Shown here: positions 52,013 through 64,000 of the stretch, piece by piece
How positions within the stretch are numbered: position 1 is the stretch's first letter
Layout of the letters: each line of letters begins with the position of its first letter
NCBI RefSeq assembly: GCF_006345805.1
Contig: NC_043010.1
Span: forward strand, 37,386,001-37,450,000
Reading direction: 5' to 3'
Length of the DNA stretch: 64,000 nt
Source of the DNA: Octopus sinensis
Lineage: Eukaryota
The notes under the pieces: model-generated
What the model saw: only the letters and a program-made list of their open reading frames with translations
Told to the model about the DNA's origin: nothing
The model's database searches: none
Position numbers and translations under genes: made by a program

Positions 52013-52934
52013 TATATATGTGTACACTTTTTGCATCTCTCTCCTCTCTCTCGCATTGCCACATAAAAAACGTGCTACAAAGTGGTTGGCATTAGGAAAG
52101 TCATACAGCCATAGAAACACTACCAAAGCAGACACTGGAGCACAATGCCATCCTCAGGCACATTGTATCCTATCAAACCATCCAACCCATATCATTATGG
52201 AACATGGGCATTAAATGATGATGATGATGATGATGATGATGATTAAAAAGCAAAATCACTTCAGCATCAGAACAAATGTTTCGTGGTATTTGCTCCAGCC
52301 ATTTATGTTTCTGAGTTTGAATCCTACCAAGGTCAACTTTGCCTTTTGTCCTTTTGTGGGTTAAAAAAAATAAAGTACCTACCTGTCAAATATCGAGGTC
52401 AATGCTATTGATTTTCCCTCCCACCACCAAAATTGCTGGCCTTGTGCCAAAATCAGAACTCATTATTATTATTAAGAAGGCGGTGAGCTGGCAGAATCGT
52501 TAGCACACTGGACGAGATGCTTAGCGGTATTTCATCTGCTGCTAGGTTCTGAGTTCAAATCCTTCTGAGGTCGTTCTTTCCACCGAGGTTGACTTTGCCT
52601 TTCATCCTTTCGAGGTCAATAAATTAAATACCAGTGAAACACTGGGGTCGATGTAATCGACTTAATCTCCTCTTCCAAGCTGCCCTTGTGGCAAAAATTT
52701 GAAATCGTTATTATTAAGGTGGCGAACTGGCAGAACCGTTAGCAGGCCGAGCAAAATGCTTAGCAGCATTTCGTCCATCCTTATGTTCTGAATTCAAATT
52801 CTGCCATGGTTGACTTTTGCTTACACCCTTTCGGAGTCAATGAAATAAGTACCAGTTATGAACCTGGGTCCATGTTATCAACTAGCCCCTTGCCCCAAAG
52901 TTTCAGGCCTTGTACCTATAGTAGAAAGGATTAT

Positions 52935-53520
52935 TATTATTATTATTTTATTGTCTTTGCACAGCTTCTAATACTGGAAATGTACTACAGTGTCAGCTGT
53001 TCACTACCAATGAACTAAGGTAGCACTCCTTATTTTTCGAGCACCGTCCTGAGTATTTGGATCGGTTCCAAGCAGTGCTGTTTTCTGCAAGTGCTCCACC
53101 CTTATTGCAGCCCCTATTTGTTCCGTGTTGTTCTCAAGACTTTTACTCACTGTTCCCAGGGCTCCGACAATTATTGGTACTACTACCACCTTTTCCATCG
53201 ACCACAACTGCTTAAACTCCCAAGCTAACCTGTCATATCTATCGACTTTTCTTTCTTCCTTATCGCACACCTTGTTATCAGCTGGGCATGCTATATCTAT
53301 GATCCAGCATTGTTTGCTTTCTTTCTCAATTAACTCTATGTCTGGTATCCTATTCTCCTTCTCATGGTCACACTGAATCATAAAATCCCATAGGATCTTT
53401 GCATTATCATTTTCGATGATGCCTTCAGATTTATGTTTGTACCAATTTTTGCTCTGTCAAGTCCATACTTGTTGCAGTGTCCAATGGACAATCCTTGCTA
53501 TATTGTCATAATGTCTCTTA
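52935..53520 (-). mobile_element. R4/Dong-clade LINE 3' end with restriction-like endonuclease, antisense in the last MAEA intron
   Basis: RHYDNIARIVHW...ENDNAKILWDFMIQCDHEKENRIPDIELIEKESKQCWIIDIACP...KVDRY...VVPIIVGALG...LQKTALLGT (PD-D REL motifs); (TAA)n tail. Confidence 0.9.
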
Positions 53521-53644
53521 TATTCTTTCTTATTATTATTCTCATTATATTCTTATTATTATTCTTATTATATTCTTTTTCTTCTTGTTATTGTTGTTGT
53601 TTTGTGCATATATATATATATATTTTTTTTTACCTTCTTTTCAG

Positions 53645-53746
53645 GCGTTGGCTTCAATGGCAGCAGAAAACGAAGGCAAGGTTGTGTGTCCAAGGACTAA
53701 ACAGATTTTTAGTCTAGATGAAGCCGAGAAAGTATTTGTCATGTAA
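53645..53746 (+). CDS. MAEA: MAEA terminal coding exon
   Basis: Acceptor ccttcttttcag, then [33 protein letters not shown], matching human ...[24 protein letters not shown]. In frame with the previous exon; AATAAA motifs lie downstream near 53850 and 53936. Confidence 0.96.
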   Translation, partial: [33 protein letters not shown]

Positions 53747-53811
53747 TATCGACACATGCAGTTTTGTAGGCATACATATGTTCACACAATGAAAAATGCA
53801 TATTCACATGC

Positions 53812-53843
<32 letters not shown>

Positions 53844-55175
53844 CCAGACACAATAAACAATCAGGAATATGTAATCACATATAAAACTCATGCATTCACA
53901 GATACACAAGCACACACATATACACATACATAATGAATAAAATCTCGCACACACACACACACACACACATATACATGATACATAAATATACGCTAGCTCT
54001 CAGATACACTTCACAAGCAGATGCATGCATGCACTGTTAAATATCCTCTCTCTCTCACACACATACACACACATTTATACACACCCAAATGTATACAAAC
54101 ATAAAGATATGCACGCACACACACACACACACACACATGTGAAAGAGAATCATTCTATTGTCAGGAGACAAGTTTTTGAGGTGAATTTCTCCCAGTTATA
54201 TATGTTCCACATCAACCTGGACCAATGTTAGTGCAAATCTGACAGAATACACAATACTTTTGTACCCTTCCCCATCCATCCCTGGGGTTAGCATAGGCAA
54301 AATGGGTGGGCAGAGTGGGTGTTGGTTAACGCAAAATCAACCCTGAGCAAGCAGACCCTATGTAATCGAATCAAAAGAAACGTTCCAGCCATGGCCATCC
54401 CTGTTGCTAACATACAAACTGGCACTACCTACCTTGCCCACATTTGAATCCTCTAGGGGTAGATGGATGGTCAATGTGTACCCCGGTGTATTACTAGCAG
54501 TGGCTCCTACTTACCCTGCCCAACTCCTGTCTTGTGACCTACCTGCTATCATTCTCACTGTCATCCCTGGGTGTTAAGAGAGAAAGGGTGGATGGTTGGT
54601 CATCTTATACCATTGCTGATATATTAAAACCACTAGCAGTGGAACTACCTACCCCTCCAGCCACTCCTGATATTAAAAAAGGCTGGATGACCATCTTGTA
54701 GTTCTTCATCCACTCCTGATGTTGAGGGTGGATGGTCATTTTGTGTTGGTGCTGATGTGATTTATAAAGCAACTAGTAATAGCACTAACTGCCCTCTCTT
54801 GTGACTCTTGGTGTTTACTAGAGTGGATGGCCATTTTGTAGTCCTTCATCCACTGCTGATATCAAGAGGATGGATGGTCATTTTGCTCTGGTGCTGATAT
54901 GATGTAAAAAGCATAAAGAAAAAGTAATAAAAAAAAAACTACTTGCTGTGGTACTACCTACCACACTGTCCCCCACATGTAACACCTACCCCAACCACTA
55001 TAGCTGGGTGGGTGGATAGATGATTGATCACCTCTTATACTATTACTGATCTTCTAGTAGTTGGGTGGAAGTACCTATTTCTACTCCAGTCTTATAACCT
55101 ATCCTCACTCACTTCACCCTTGCTGTTAAGAGGGTGGATAACTCATCCTATATTGATACTGATACATATATATAC

Positions 55176-55233
<58 letters not shown>

Positions 55234-55843
55234 TTTTATCAGTGGTACTTACTTGTCATATGTCCTTCTTCTACCCTGTCTACATACCTACCTTCTTACC
55301 CATCAACTCCATAATCTTTCCCCCACTCCAGTTTCTTGGTGGGGTTTTAAGAATGGAAAGGTTTGGTCTGGGCGTTGATGAGTGGTCTTGGGCTCTCTTG
55401 TTCCTGGTACATTAAATCTGCTAGCCAATGGCCAGCCACTCACCCACCAAAACTATTGACCTACCTACCTACCTATCCTTTCTCACCACCACCCCCACTA
55501 AAGTTCATAAGGTGGGTCAGTGGTCAGCCTGTACTGTTGTACTAATTACTACTGGCAGTGACACAATCCCCCCCTCCTCCTCTGCGCCTCCACCATCTCA
55601 TTACCTACCTACCCCATACAATTGATTCCTCAAATTTGTATATTTAATTTTTGGGGATGGATTGTTTGGTGGTGGGAAGGTATGAAGGGAGGCTATTTCA
55701 TATTTTTTTCTATTTGTTTTAGTATCCCTTTTCTTTTTTTCCTCATTTCCTTTTTTTTTATTTTCTTTTGAAGTTTTTCCTATCATCTCTCTCTCTTTCT
55801 CTCAAATTCTTAAAGTTCTAATGTGTGTATATACATATGCATT

Positions 55844-55878
<35 letters not shown>

Positions 55879-55997
55879 TATGTGTATATTTGTATGTATA
55901 TATCATATATGTGTATACTTGTATGTATATATATATATGTATAAATAAATATATATCATATGTGTATGTATATATCATATATGTGCATATTTGTATG

Positions 55998-56028
<31 letters not shown>

Positions 56029-56071
56029 CTACTCTTTCTCCCACATGTATATACTAAATCTTGCGTGTGCA

Positions 56072-56135
<64 letters not shown>

Positions 56136-56654
56136 TGTATGTATGTATGTATATACACACATAAATATGATTGTGATTTCACAAACATTGCAGAGATATA
56201 TACTCAGTATGTTATACGGTTTGAGTGTATTCATTATAATATCATGGTTAAAAGATGACTACCATTCTATAACTTTAATTTTCATGCTGGTAAAAGCAAG
56301 CATCAGGTAAATTTCAGGCAAAAGATGAGCGGAATCATTAGAAAGCCAGGTAAACTGTCTGCTGTATATTTTGTGAGACTTCAAATGCTGGCAAGGAGAA
56401 CTTGGCCCTCTCATCCTTTAGTTAAAAGGTTTCCTTAAAATCTTTTTAAAATGTTTCAGCCCGAAGGCTGCGGCCATGCTGGGGCACCACCGCTGATAAA
56501 ATAATGGTTTGATAAAATAAAGTACCAATCTGGGCTGGGGGAGCGATTAAGTATCTCTGTAAAGCATCTTGTCAATAAATAAATGTGTTTTGATTTGGTC
56601 ACTCACATACAATGCAATCAAATGAATATAAACTTTGGAAATATTTTCATACGT

Positions 56655-56689
<35 letters not shown>

Positions 56690-57131
56690 GAGATGATAAT
56701 TTGTGACATAGTTACAGAGTGACTTTCTTGTAGATATGTAGTGATGACGATGAGGATGAGTGTGTGAGAATCTCTGATTAAATATTAGCAGAAGAGAATT
56801 AGTCTCCACAAATTGTTATATGAAAATGTTCGTCAAACCTAAATTAATCCCACTCTGATGTAAACCAGCGTATTGCTTGATGGTCCTAACACTGAGAGGG
56901 AATAATGGGTTGGTACTTGACAGAAAATATATGTATGTATATGTAAAATTTTGGTGGTGGGGTGGAATAGTGGATCTTGAAGCATACATAAAGTTATAAA
57001 TAATAGTTGTCCAAAAGGGTTTTTGCAACCCAATATTTACATATTATTTATAGCTTTATGTGAGCTTTGAGATCCGCTCTTCTAAAGAATTATTTCCTGT
57101 TCTTATTAAATTCTTCTGACGTCAACAGCAT

Positions 57132-57191
<60 letters not shown>

Positions 57192-57385
57192 GTATATGTA
57201 TATATAATATGTATATGTATATATAATATGTATATATAATATATGTATGTATATGTAACATGTATATATATATATGTATGTATATGTAACATGTATATAT
57301 TATATATATGTATGCATGTATATATGTATATATATGTGTATATATATGTATATATTATATATATATATATATATGTGTATATATA

Positions 57386-57416
<31 letters not shown>

Positions 57417-60412
57417 GCATGTATATATGTATGCATATATATATATATATGTATATATATAAATTTGGAGTGTGTAAATACTTTAAATGCAAAGTAGGAA
57501 CATTAACATTTGTAAGATTGGGAAAAATTCTGAAAATATTCCAAAAATGAAAAATTGTGATTGGAAACATGGAAAAAATTGAATATTTGAAAATATTGAA
57601 AATGGAAGATCAGAAGACAGAGAATTGAGACATGAAGAAGTTATAAAATTGGGAAATTAGAATAATCAAGAAAATTAAGAAAAATTGGATATCGGTAAAA
57701 AAAAAATTCTGAAATGTAAAATAAAAAGCAAGACTTATTGATTGATTATCAATCTGAGGCCTGTCGTCACCAGTTGGGACATGAATGAAAAAATTCTTAG
57801 ATGTATATAGTTTGAAGATCATTGTTGAAATGATTAAGGCCAGAAAGGCTATCAAGATTGTAGGGTAGGACAAATTGTTAGAAGCATCAAGGCTGAGTCT
57901 TCATAGCATAGTTTTTCTATTTGACCATTTTACTCAAATGTGTCACAGCAACCTTTGAAATAGCTAAATTATGTTTTATATGTTGTCTACCTTTAAACGA
58001 ACACACCAAGGTGGTTGAAGTTCATTCATTTGCTCCTTACCACAAATTGCTAATGATCTTATACATGCAAAGTATCCAAACTCAGTGACAGAAAGGAGAC
58101 CATGGAGTTACCAGCAATTGACATTAGTCGGGGGTGGAGGGCAGCAGATTGGCTGAATCATTAGGGCATTGGATAAAATGCTTTATGAGCATTTCTTCTG
58201 GCTCTTTACATTCTGAGTTCAAATCCCACAGTGATCAGCTTTGCCTTTCATCCCGTCAGGACCAATGAAACAAAGTACTGATCAAATTGCAGATGGGTAT
58301 CAATCTAATCAACTGACCCTTTACCCTCAGTATTGCTGGCTTTGTGCCAAAATTAGAAACTATTATTGAATGCTGGTATCTTGAATTGATTCTGGAGTTG
58401 TTTTTATTTTTTGTTTTTGGTTCTTTTTTTTTTCTTATGTCTCTTCAGATTCCATTCAGTTACTTTGCCGTTTTTAAAATAAGAAACACTTCTGTCTTGA
58501 GTTTGTCCCTTCTTTCCTATGGTCTTTTTATAATCATATATGTCAACTTCCTCATTGATCTGATAACACAGCTGACATTACATATGGATTTGTCGAGATG
58601 AAGCACAGGTGGAAAATTCAATCTAAGTTTGAAACATCTTCCATTGTGACACTGGCCTCATTAACCTTTTAGCATTCAGATTACTCTGTCAAACGTAATA
58701 CTTATGTAGTCCCATTGTTTTGAATTAATCACACATCATCTCCATAGCTTTGAGATTTCAATGATGTGATTATTTTATGTTTAGAATGGCACTGTAGGAT
58801 ATGCACGAGAGGCTAGATCTGGCTGGTTCAAACATAAAGCAGGTAAAATATTTGAGCTAGATGGTCAGTTTGAATACAAAAGGGTCAAGCTTTGTCTGTG
58901 GCATCCTCAGCAACATATACTGTAATAATCACTTCATTCACATTTTAACAAACATCAGCTCCATCTTCTACATTTTTTTATATTTCCTAATCCCCTCATT
59001 CAAGTTTTCCGTTGTGTACACCTGGATATAAGCAGAACATGCAGCAATCAATACAGAAACTTTTCCTTGCATCATCATCATCATCATCATCATGGGATGG
59101 GGAAGATCCTCGCCCTTCTCAGCATTTTAAACTTTGGTCCATGTCTTTTACTAAAAGCATTGACAAGCTGATGCTGCTGCTTTAACTCACTTCCAGCTCA
59201 TTTTGAATAACTGTCTTGCAGTTAGATGAAACTTAACATGACATCAATAGTTGTTGAGAGGCCATTCTTTGTGACTGACAATCTTTTTATCCATTGGGCC
59301 TCTGACATCTCCTCTAATTTTGATTATTTGCTGAAAGCTGTAAACAATTCCATTACCATTATCTTACTCTTACATCCTTTTGTGGTTGATTTAAACTGTT
59401 ACCATCCTCCAAATTCCTAGCCTTGAGCATATGTTAACAATTATTATTATTATTATTATTATTTAAGGTGGTAAGCTGGCAGACTTGTTAGCACGCTGGG
59501 CAAAATGCTCAGTGGTATTTTGTCTGCTGCTACACTCTGAGTTCAAATTCTGCCCAAGTTGACTTTGCCTTCATCCTTTCAAGGTTGATAAATGAAGTAC
59601 CAGTGAAACACTGGGGTCGATGTAATAGACTAATTCCCTCCCTCCGAATTTCAGGCCTCATGCCTCTATAGTAGAAAGGATTATTATTATATTATTATTA
59701 TTATTATTATTATAGCAAAATCATTAGCTCATCACTGGTATTTCTTCTGGCCCTTTTCATTCTGTGTTCAAATCCTGCCACGATCAACTTTCCTGCCTCT
59801 GCTGTTGAGAAAATAAAGTACCAGCCAAACATTGGGTTCAATAGTGTCAACTAGCCCCTTCTCTCTAAATTGATGACCCTGTGCCAAAATTAGAAACCAT
59901 TGCATCTAGAGAGCTCTTTAACTGTATGTTTGATGTGACTTTTGTAATTTTGGTAACCATAGTTCAAGCCTTGATACACTTAGGTTTCAGTACTTCTCAA
60001 TTTCGCATGTAGTTCATACTTTGTGCTCAACAGCTGTTTCGTTAATACCACCAAATGTATAATTACATAATTAAATCAAATTAAATTAAATTATTAATTT
60101 AAAAACTGTGTTTATTCATTTAAATTCATTATGTCTCAGAATCATTTAATTATACAGTTGGTATTGTTTATCTTAATGAAACAGCTGTTGAACACAAAGT
60201 TGGAACTATTTATGAAATTTCTGCTTTTATGTTAAATATGTAGCTTTTAAAGATCATTCTAGTTAATTATGCATATTCATGCAAGACAGCCCCACTTGCA
60301 TTTTCTGTACTATAATATGTTAGAGTTTAACAAACAGTCATTAATTGAGCTCTTACAGAGAATATATTCTTTGATGCTTATACATTAATTCTTTCTCTCT
60401 TTCTCTTGATAT

Positions 60413-60443
<31 letters not shown>

Positions 60444-60448
<5 letters not shown>

Positions 60449-60830
60449 TAGCAGTATAGCCCGGTATTGCTTGGGTTTGTTTTCTTTTCGACCCTTTAGA
60501 ATTGGAATTTTGCATTATGTAGCTTGTTATTCTCTTTAAGTGAACATTTTTCTGGTTGAAATACACCAAAAAATGGCGAAACAGCAGTAAAAAAATCATA
60601 AAAAATAGGGATTTTCATAGAAAAAAAAGCACCTTTTTGATGTAAATAATTTTTGGTCTTAACATGGTCCGATTTGAATTTTTTCTTCTACGGAATGAAG
60701 AGCAAGCCTTCTTCTATCATACTCTCAATTTTGGTCGACTTGCACTGCAGGGTCTCGGAGGAGATAGTGTTAGTTGAAGGCTACCAAACCTGCCACACAC
60801 ACACAGACAACTTCAGTATTATATATATAT
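60444..60830 (+). mobile_element. Helitron/Helentron-associated non-autonomous element
   Basis: Starts ACTAGCAGTATAGCCCGG..GCTTGGG (subterminal hairpin) and ends CACACAGACAACTTCAGTATTATATATA, inserted in (TA)n. Confidence 0.6.
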
Positions 60831-61084
60831 ATATATATATTCATTCATTTCTCCTCTTAGCATATTCACAATTGATCCAATCCATCACCTGATTGTTTCT
60901 GCATTATTTGTGGACGTATTTTTCTTAACATAACTTCTCTGATGACATCACAGTCAAACTTGCTGCTTGCAGCTGATTTTACTGAAAAATCCATCTGATG
61001 TTTGTCTTTGTCAGCATGAAACTTGGTTACAGAAGAGTAGTCATCTTTTAACTGCTGTTTTATAATAAATATCTCCCTCCTTGC

Positions 61085-61161
<77 letters not shown>

Positions 61162-63528
61162 AATGTTTATGTAATTATTACATTTTAAATCCTATTACAA
61201 AATTAATATCTTAATCTTTAAATGTTTTTCCTTTATTTCTGTTTTTTTTTTCAATTTGATTTTTTTTTTCAATTTTCCTGACCATTAAATTTTAACAAAA
61301 TTACCCAGGGATGCAATAAAACAATTTTTGTTTGTGTATTTTTTTTCTCATATTTTTAAATCTGGGTCTTCCCTGTTTCTGTCTTTTATTTATTTATTCA
61401 TTATTATTATTATTATTATTTCTGTTTAATATTTTCTCTCTGCTACAAAATACTGATGCCATATAAGGCAATGCAAGAAAGATTGAAAGAAGGAAAGAAA
61501 TAATTAAAAATAAAGGAATTATACCAAACATTGAATAAAATTTTTCGATAAACTGGATTTGTTTCTGTTGATTTTTTTTGTTGTTGGTTGTTTTGCTTTT
61601 TCTTTTGTTTGTATTTATTTGTGTGTATGTGTGTGTGTTTTATACAAGTATAACTGAATGGTGAAGCAGTTCTTTCCATAACCATGAGGTCTTGAAGTCA
61701 ATCCCACTGCATGATTCTTTCGACAAGTGTCTTCTACGGTTGCCTCGGGTCGGTCCCAAGCTTTGTGAATGAAATTCACTTGAGGGAAACTGTGTAGAAG
61801 CCAACCTGTAATTTAAAGGTTTGTCAATTGTCACACACAGTGACACATATATCTGTGGAATACTCAGCCACTTGCATAACAGTAATTATGTAGTTCTATT
61901 GATTAACTAGAATACTTGTGGAGGAAAATGTCATGATATCTCTTCCTCTCTTGCTTTCATTCCTTTTTCTTTTCCTTTATTTTCATTCTTTGCTTTTCCT
62001 TTCCTTCCTTTCTTCCTCACTTCATTTCTTGCTTTCCCTTTTCCCCTTCCTTCCTTACTCTTCTTTCTTTTTTTCTTTCCACTTTTTTGTCTCTTTTTCT
62101 GTCTTTCTTCTCAAGCACACACACACATTTTTTATCTTTTACTAGTTTCAGTAATTTGACTGCAGCTATGCTTGGGACATCACCTTGAAGAATTTTTTCA
62201 GATGAATGAATCGACCCCAATATTTATGTGTGTGTGTTTGTGTTGGTAATATCAATCCCCATTACTGCAGATTCACAGCTGACTCTACTTTGTGAAACAG
62301 TTTCGCATCATAGCATAGACATTACAAGCAGGTCTTCTTTTGCACTGACGTTTGATGTTTAATCTAGCATTCACCCCTCCTCACACCAACACTCACAAAA
62401 ACTTTCCCATTGTAAATCAAGCTCCAACGCTACCTTCAACTTTTCTTTTACATATTTCTGTAGATATATACCTGTGACACTGCTGTTGAGCATGCAAGTT
62501 TATTCAGCTGACACTTATCTCAGACTTGAAATCATATGAAAAGACTCCCCTCTGGGTGAGACGGCAGTCTGTTGCAAGGTAACTCTCTTCCCTAAGCAGT
62601 TTGTAGGTTGGAGCAACATGAAATGATGTGCTTGCTCAAAGATGCACTTTGCTGCTCAGCCTAAGGATTGATCTTGTGAACGCCAGCAGATATAGCTTGA
62701 CGATTTCTGAAACTTATAGATATTCACTTTGCACAAGATCTTCAATAGAAACATGTTTAATTTAGCCATAATTGCCTCCCAAACCTGGGATCAATCTTCA
62801 ATCACAATAATAATATTAGGAACACTTCTTACATATCTTGTAATTGTGGATCCCCTGATAACTGTCCCCTAAACAATATGTTCTTGGAAAAAGAACTGAT
62901 GTATAGCTAACATTATTGACATGGATGGGACCATAAAAATTTACATTGGAATGACTAGAAATACCTTCAAGGAAAGATATGCAAAATTTGGTTTCGGCTA
63001 GTGTTAAGAGCAAAAGCCTTGCAACATCTTTATCCAATAATATGACACCTTAAAGAAAGGAATGTAGACAACTCCCATGCAAACTGAAGCATCATAGCTA
63101 ACGCAAGCAAATAAAAGGGATGAGGTCTCTGGTGTAACATCTGTGTCACAGAAGAAATAAAAAGCATGAAATCATTAGCAAACATTTTGAACATTAGGGG
63201 AAGAAACGTTCAACCCTTGCATAACACATTCAAGACTTCATTTAGCAAATTACAACTTCATGGACTAATTTACGTTCAAATCCTGTAGAACAGCCACATA
63301 TGGTAAGACACACATGCTTATACACTCACTAAACGCAGGCTGGATACATTATCTTTTATTTGTTTCAGTCATTGGATTGCGGCCTTTCTGGAGTAATGCC
63401 GTGAAGGATTTAGTCAAATCAACTTCAGTACTTTGTTATATATATATATATATATATATGGTCTTTCAAAATGTGACTGCGTGTGTACCGTTGGCGATTT
63501 TTTTCCCTCTGTCTTCCCTTCTCCTATA

Positions 63529-63561
63529 TTTTCGACGAAGAGCTCCGCTCGAAACGTTAAA
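63529..63561 (+). ncRNA. Degenerate minimal hammerhead motif
   Basis: UUUU-CGACGA-A-GAGC UCC GCUC-GAAAC-GU-U-AAA. Stem II, GAAA, palindromic ACGU stem III and a U/A stem I are present; the CUGA core is broken (CGA). Confidence 0.5.
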
Positions 63562-64000
63562 CCCTCCTTCTTTCCTGAGCGTCCAATAATACTATATTTG
63601 TTCTACGTCCTCGCGTTGTTGTGTTTTTTTGTGCTTTCTTGTTTGGATTAACTTTATCTCTTATTATAAAAGGCAGATTTTATCTGCCTCCCTTTGGGAG
63701 TTATACAAATCTACAATATAGGATTTCTTCAATTACAATTTACCTAGCAGTTTTAAAAGTACAATGCATCGCGTCATGCCAGGTCCAGTTTTTAAATTTT
63801 AAACTCCAATTAAGCAAAGTTTACAGAAAACTCACATTCTGGTGTGTGTGTCAAATGCTTTTCTTAGTCTGGTTTACACCACACGCAAACGCACACACAC
63901 AGTGGGCAACGAATAAAATGAAAGTAAATGTAATATTTGTTTCTGTCTATCACGCTGATAGATACGTGAGTAAAATGTATGGGAAGCTAACAGATAACAG

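Noticed and set aside
49236-53746. Calling the gene RMND5A/B (Gid2)
   Set aside because: The motifs LQAGLSA.KTP, CPVC and [15 protein letters not shown] and the C-terminus match MAEA; RMND5 has a different RING (CPI...).
57540-58120. Purine-rich stretch resembling a decayed retroelement ORF N-terminus
   Set aside because: Too many stops and no diagnostic motif to assign a family.
62816-63037. 73-aa minus ORF with NFYGP/CLGD words resembling an L1 endonuclease
   Set aside because: Only two short words match and the spacing is unconvincing. The degenerate region 41300-41700 was left uncalled for the same reason.

Overview
AT-rich animal genomic DNA, not prokaryotic. It is very rich in microsatellites and repeats, and the SINE/LINE/MITE families look like those I recognise from Octopus (inference, no database run). 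The only host gene I can identify with confidence is the 3' end of MAEA (CTLH/GID E3 ligase subunit, Gid9/Fyv10 orthologue) on the + strand: three coding exons at 49236-49369, 50510-50708 and 53645-53746. The intron between the first two is U12-type (minor spliceosome). I could not locate the upstream MAEA exons. The rest is tRNA-derived SINEs, fragments of CR1, RTE, R4/Dong and Penelope-like retroelements, mariner/Tigger/hAT/piggyBac-type MITEs, Helentron-associated elements and simple repeats; most ORFs in the supplied track are microsatellite artefacts. The most notable unexplained items are an apparently intact hammerhead ribozyme at 21688-21776 (-), four damaged hammerhead motifs, and a second copy of the MAEA exon end plus its U12 donor inside a MITE about 7.4 kb upstream of the real exon. 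I do not see evidence for a new multi-gene system.
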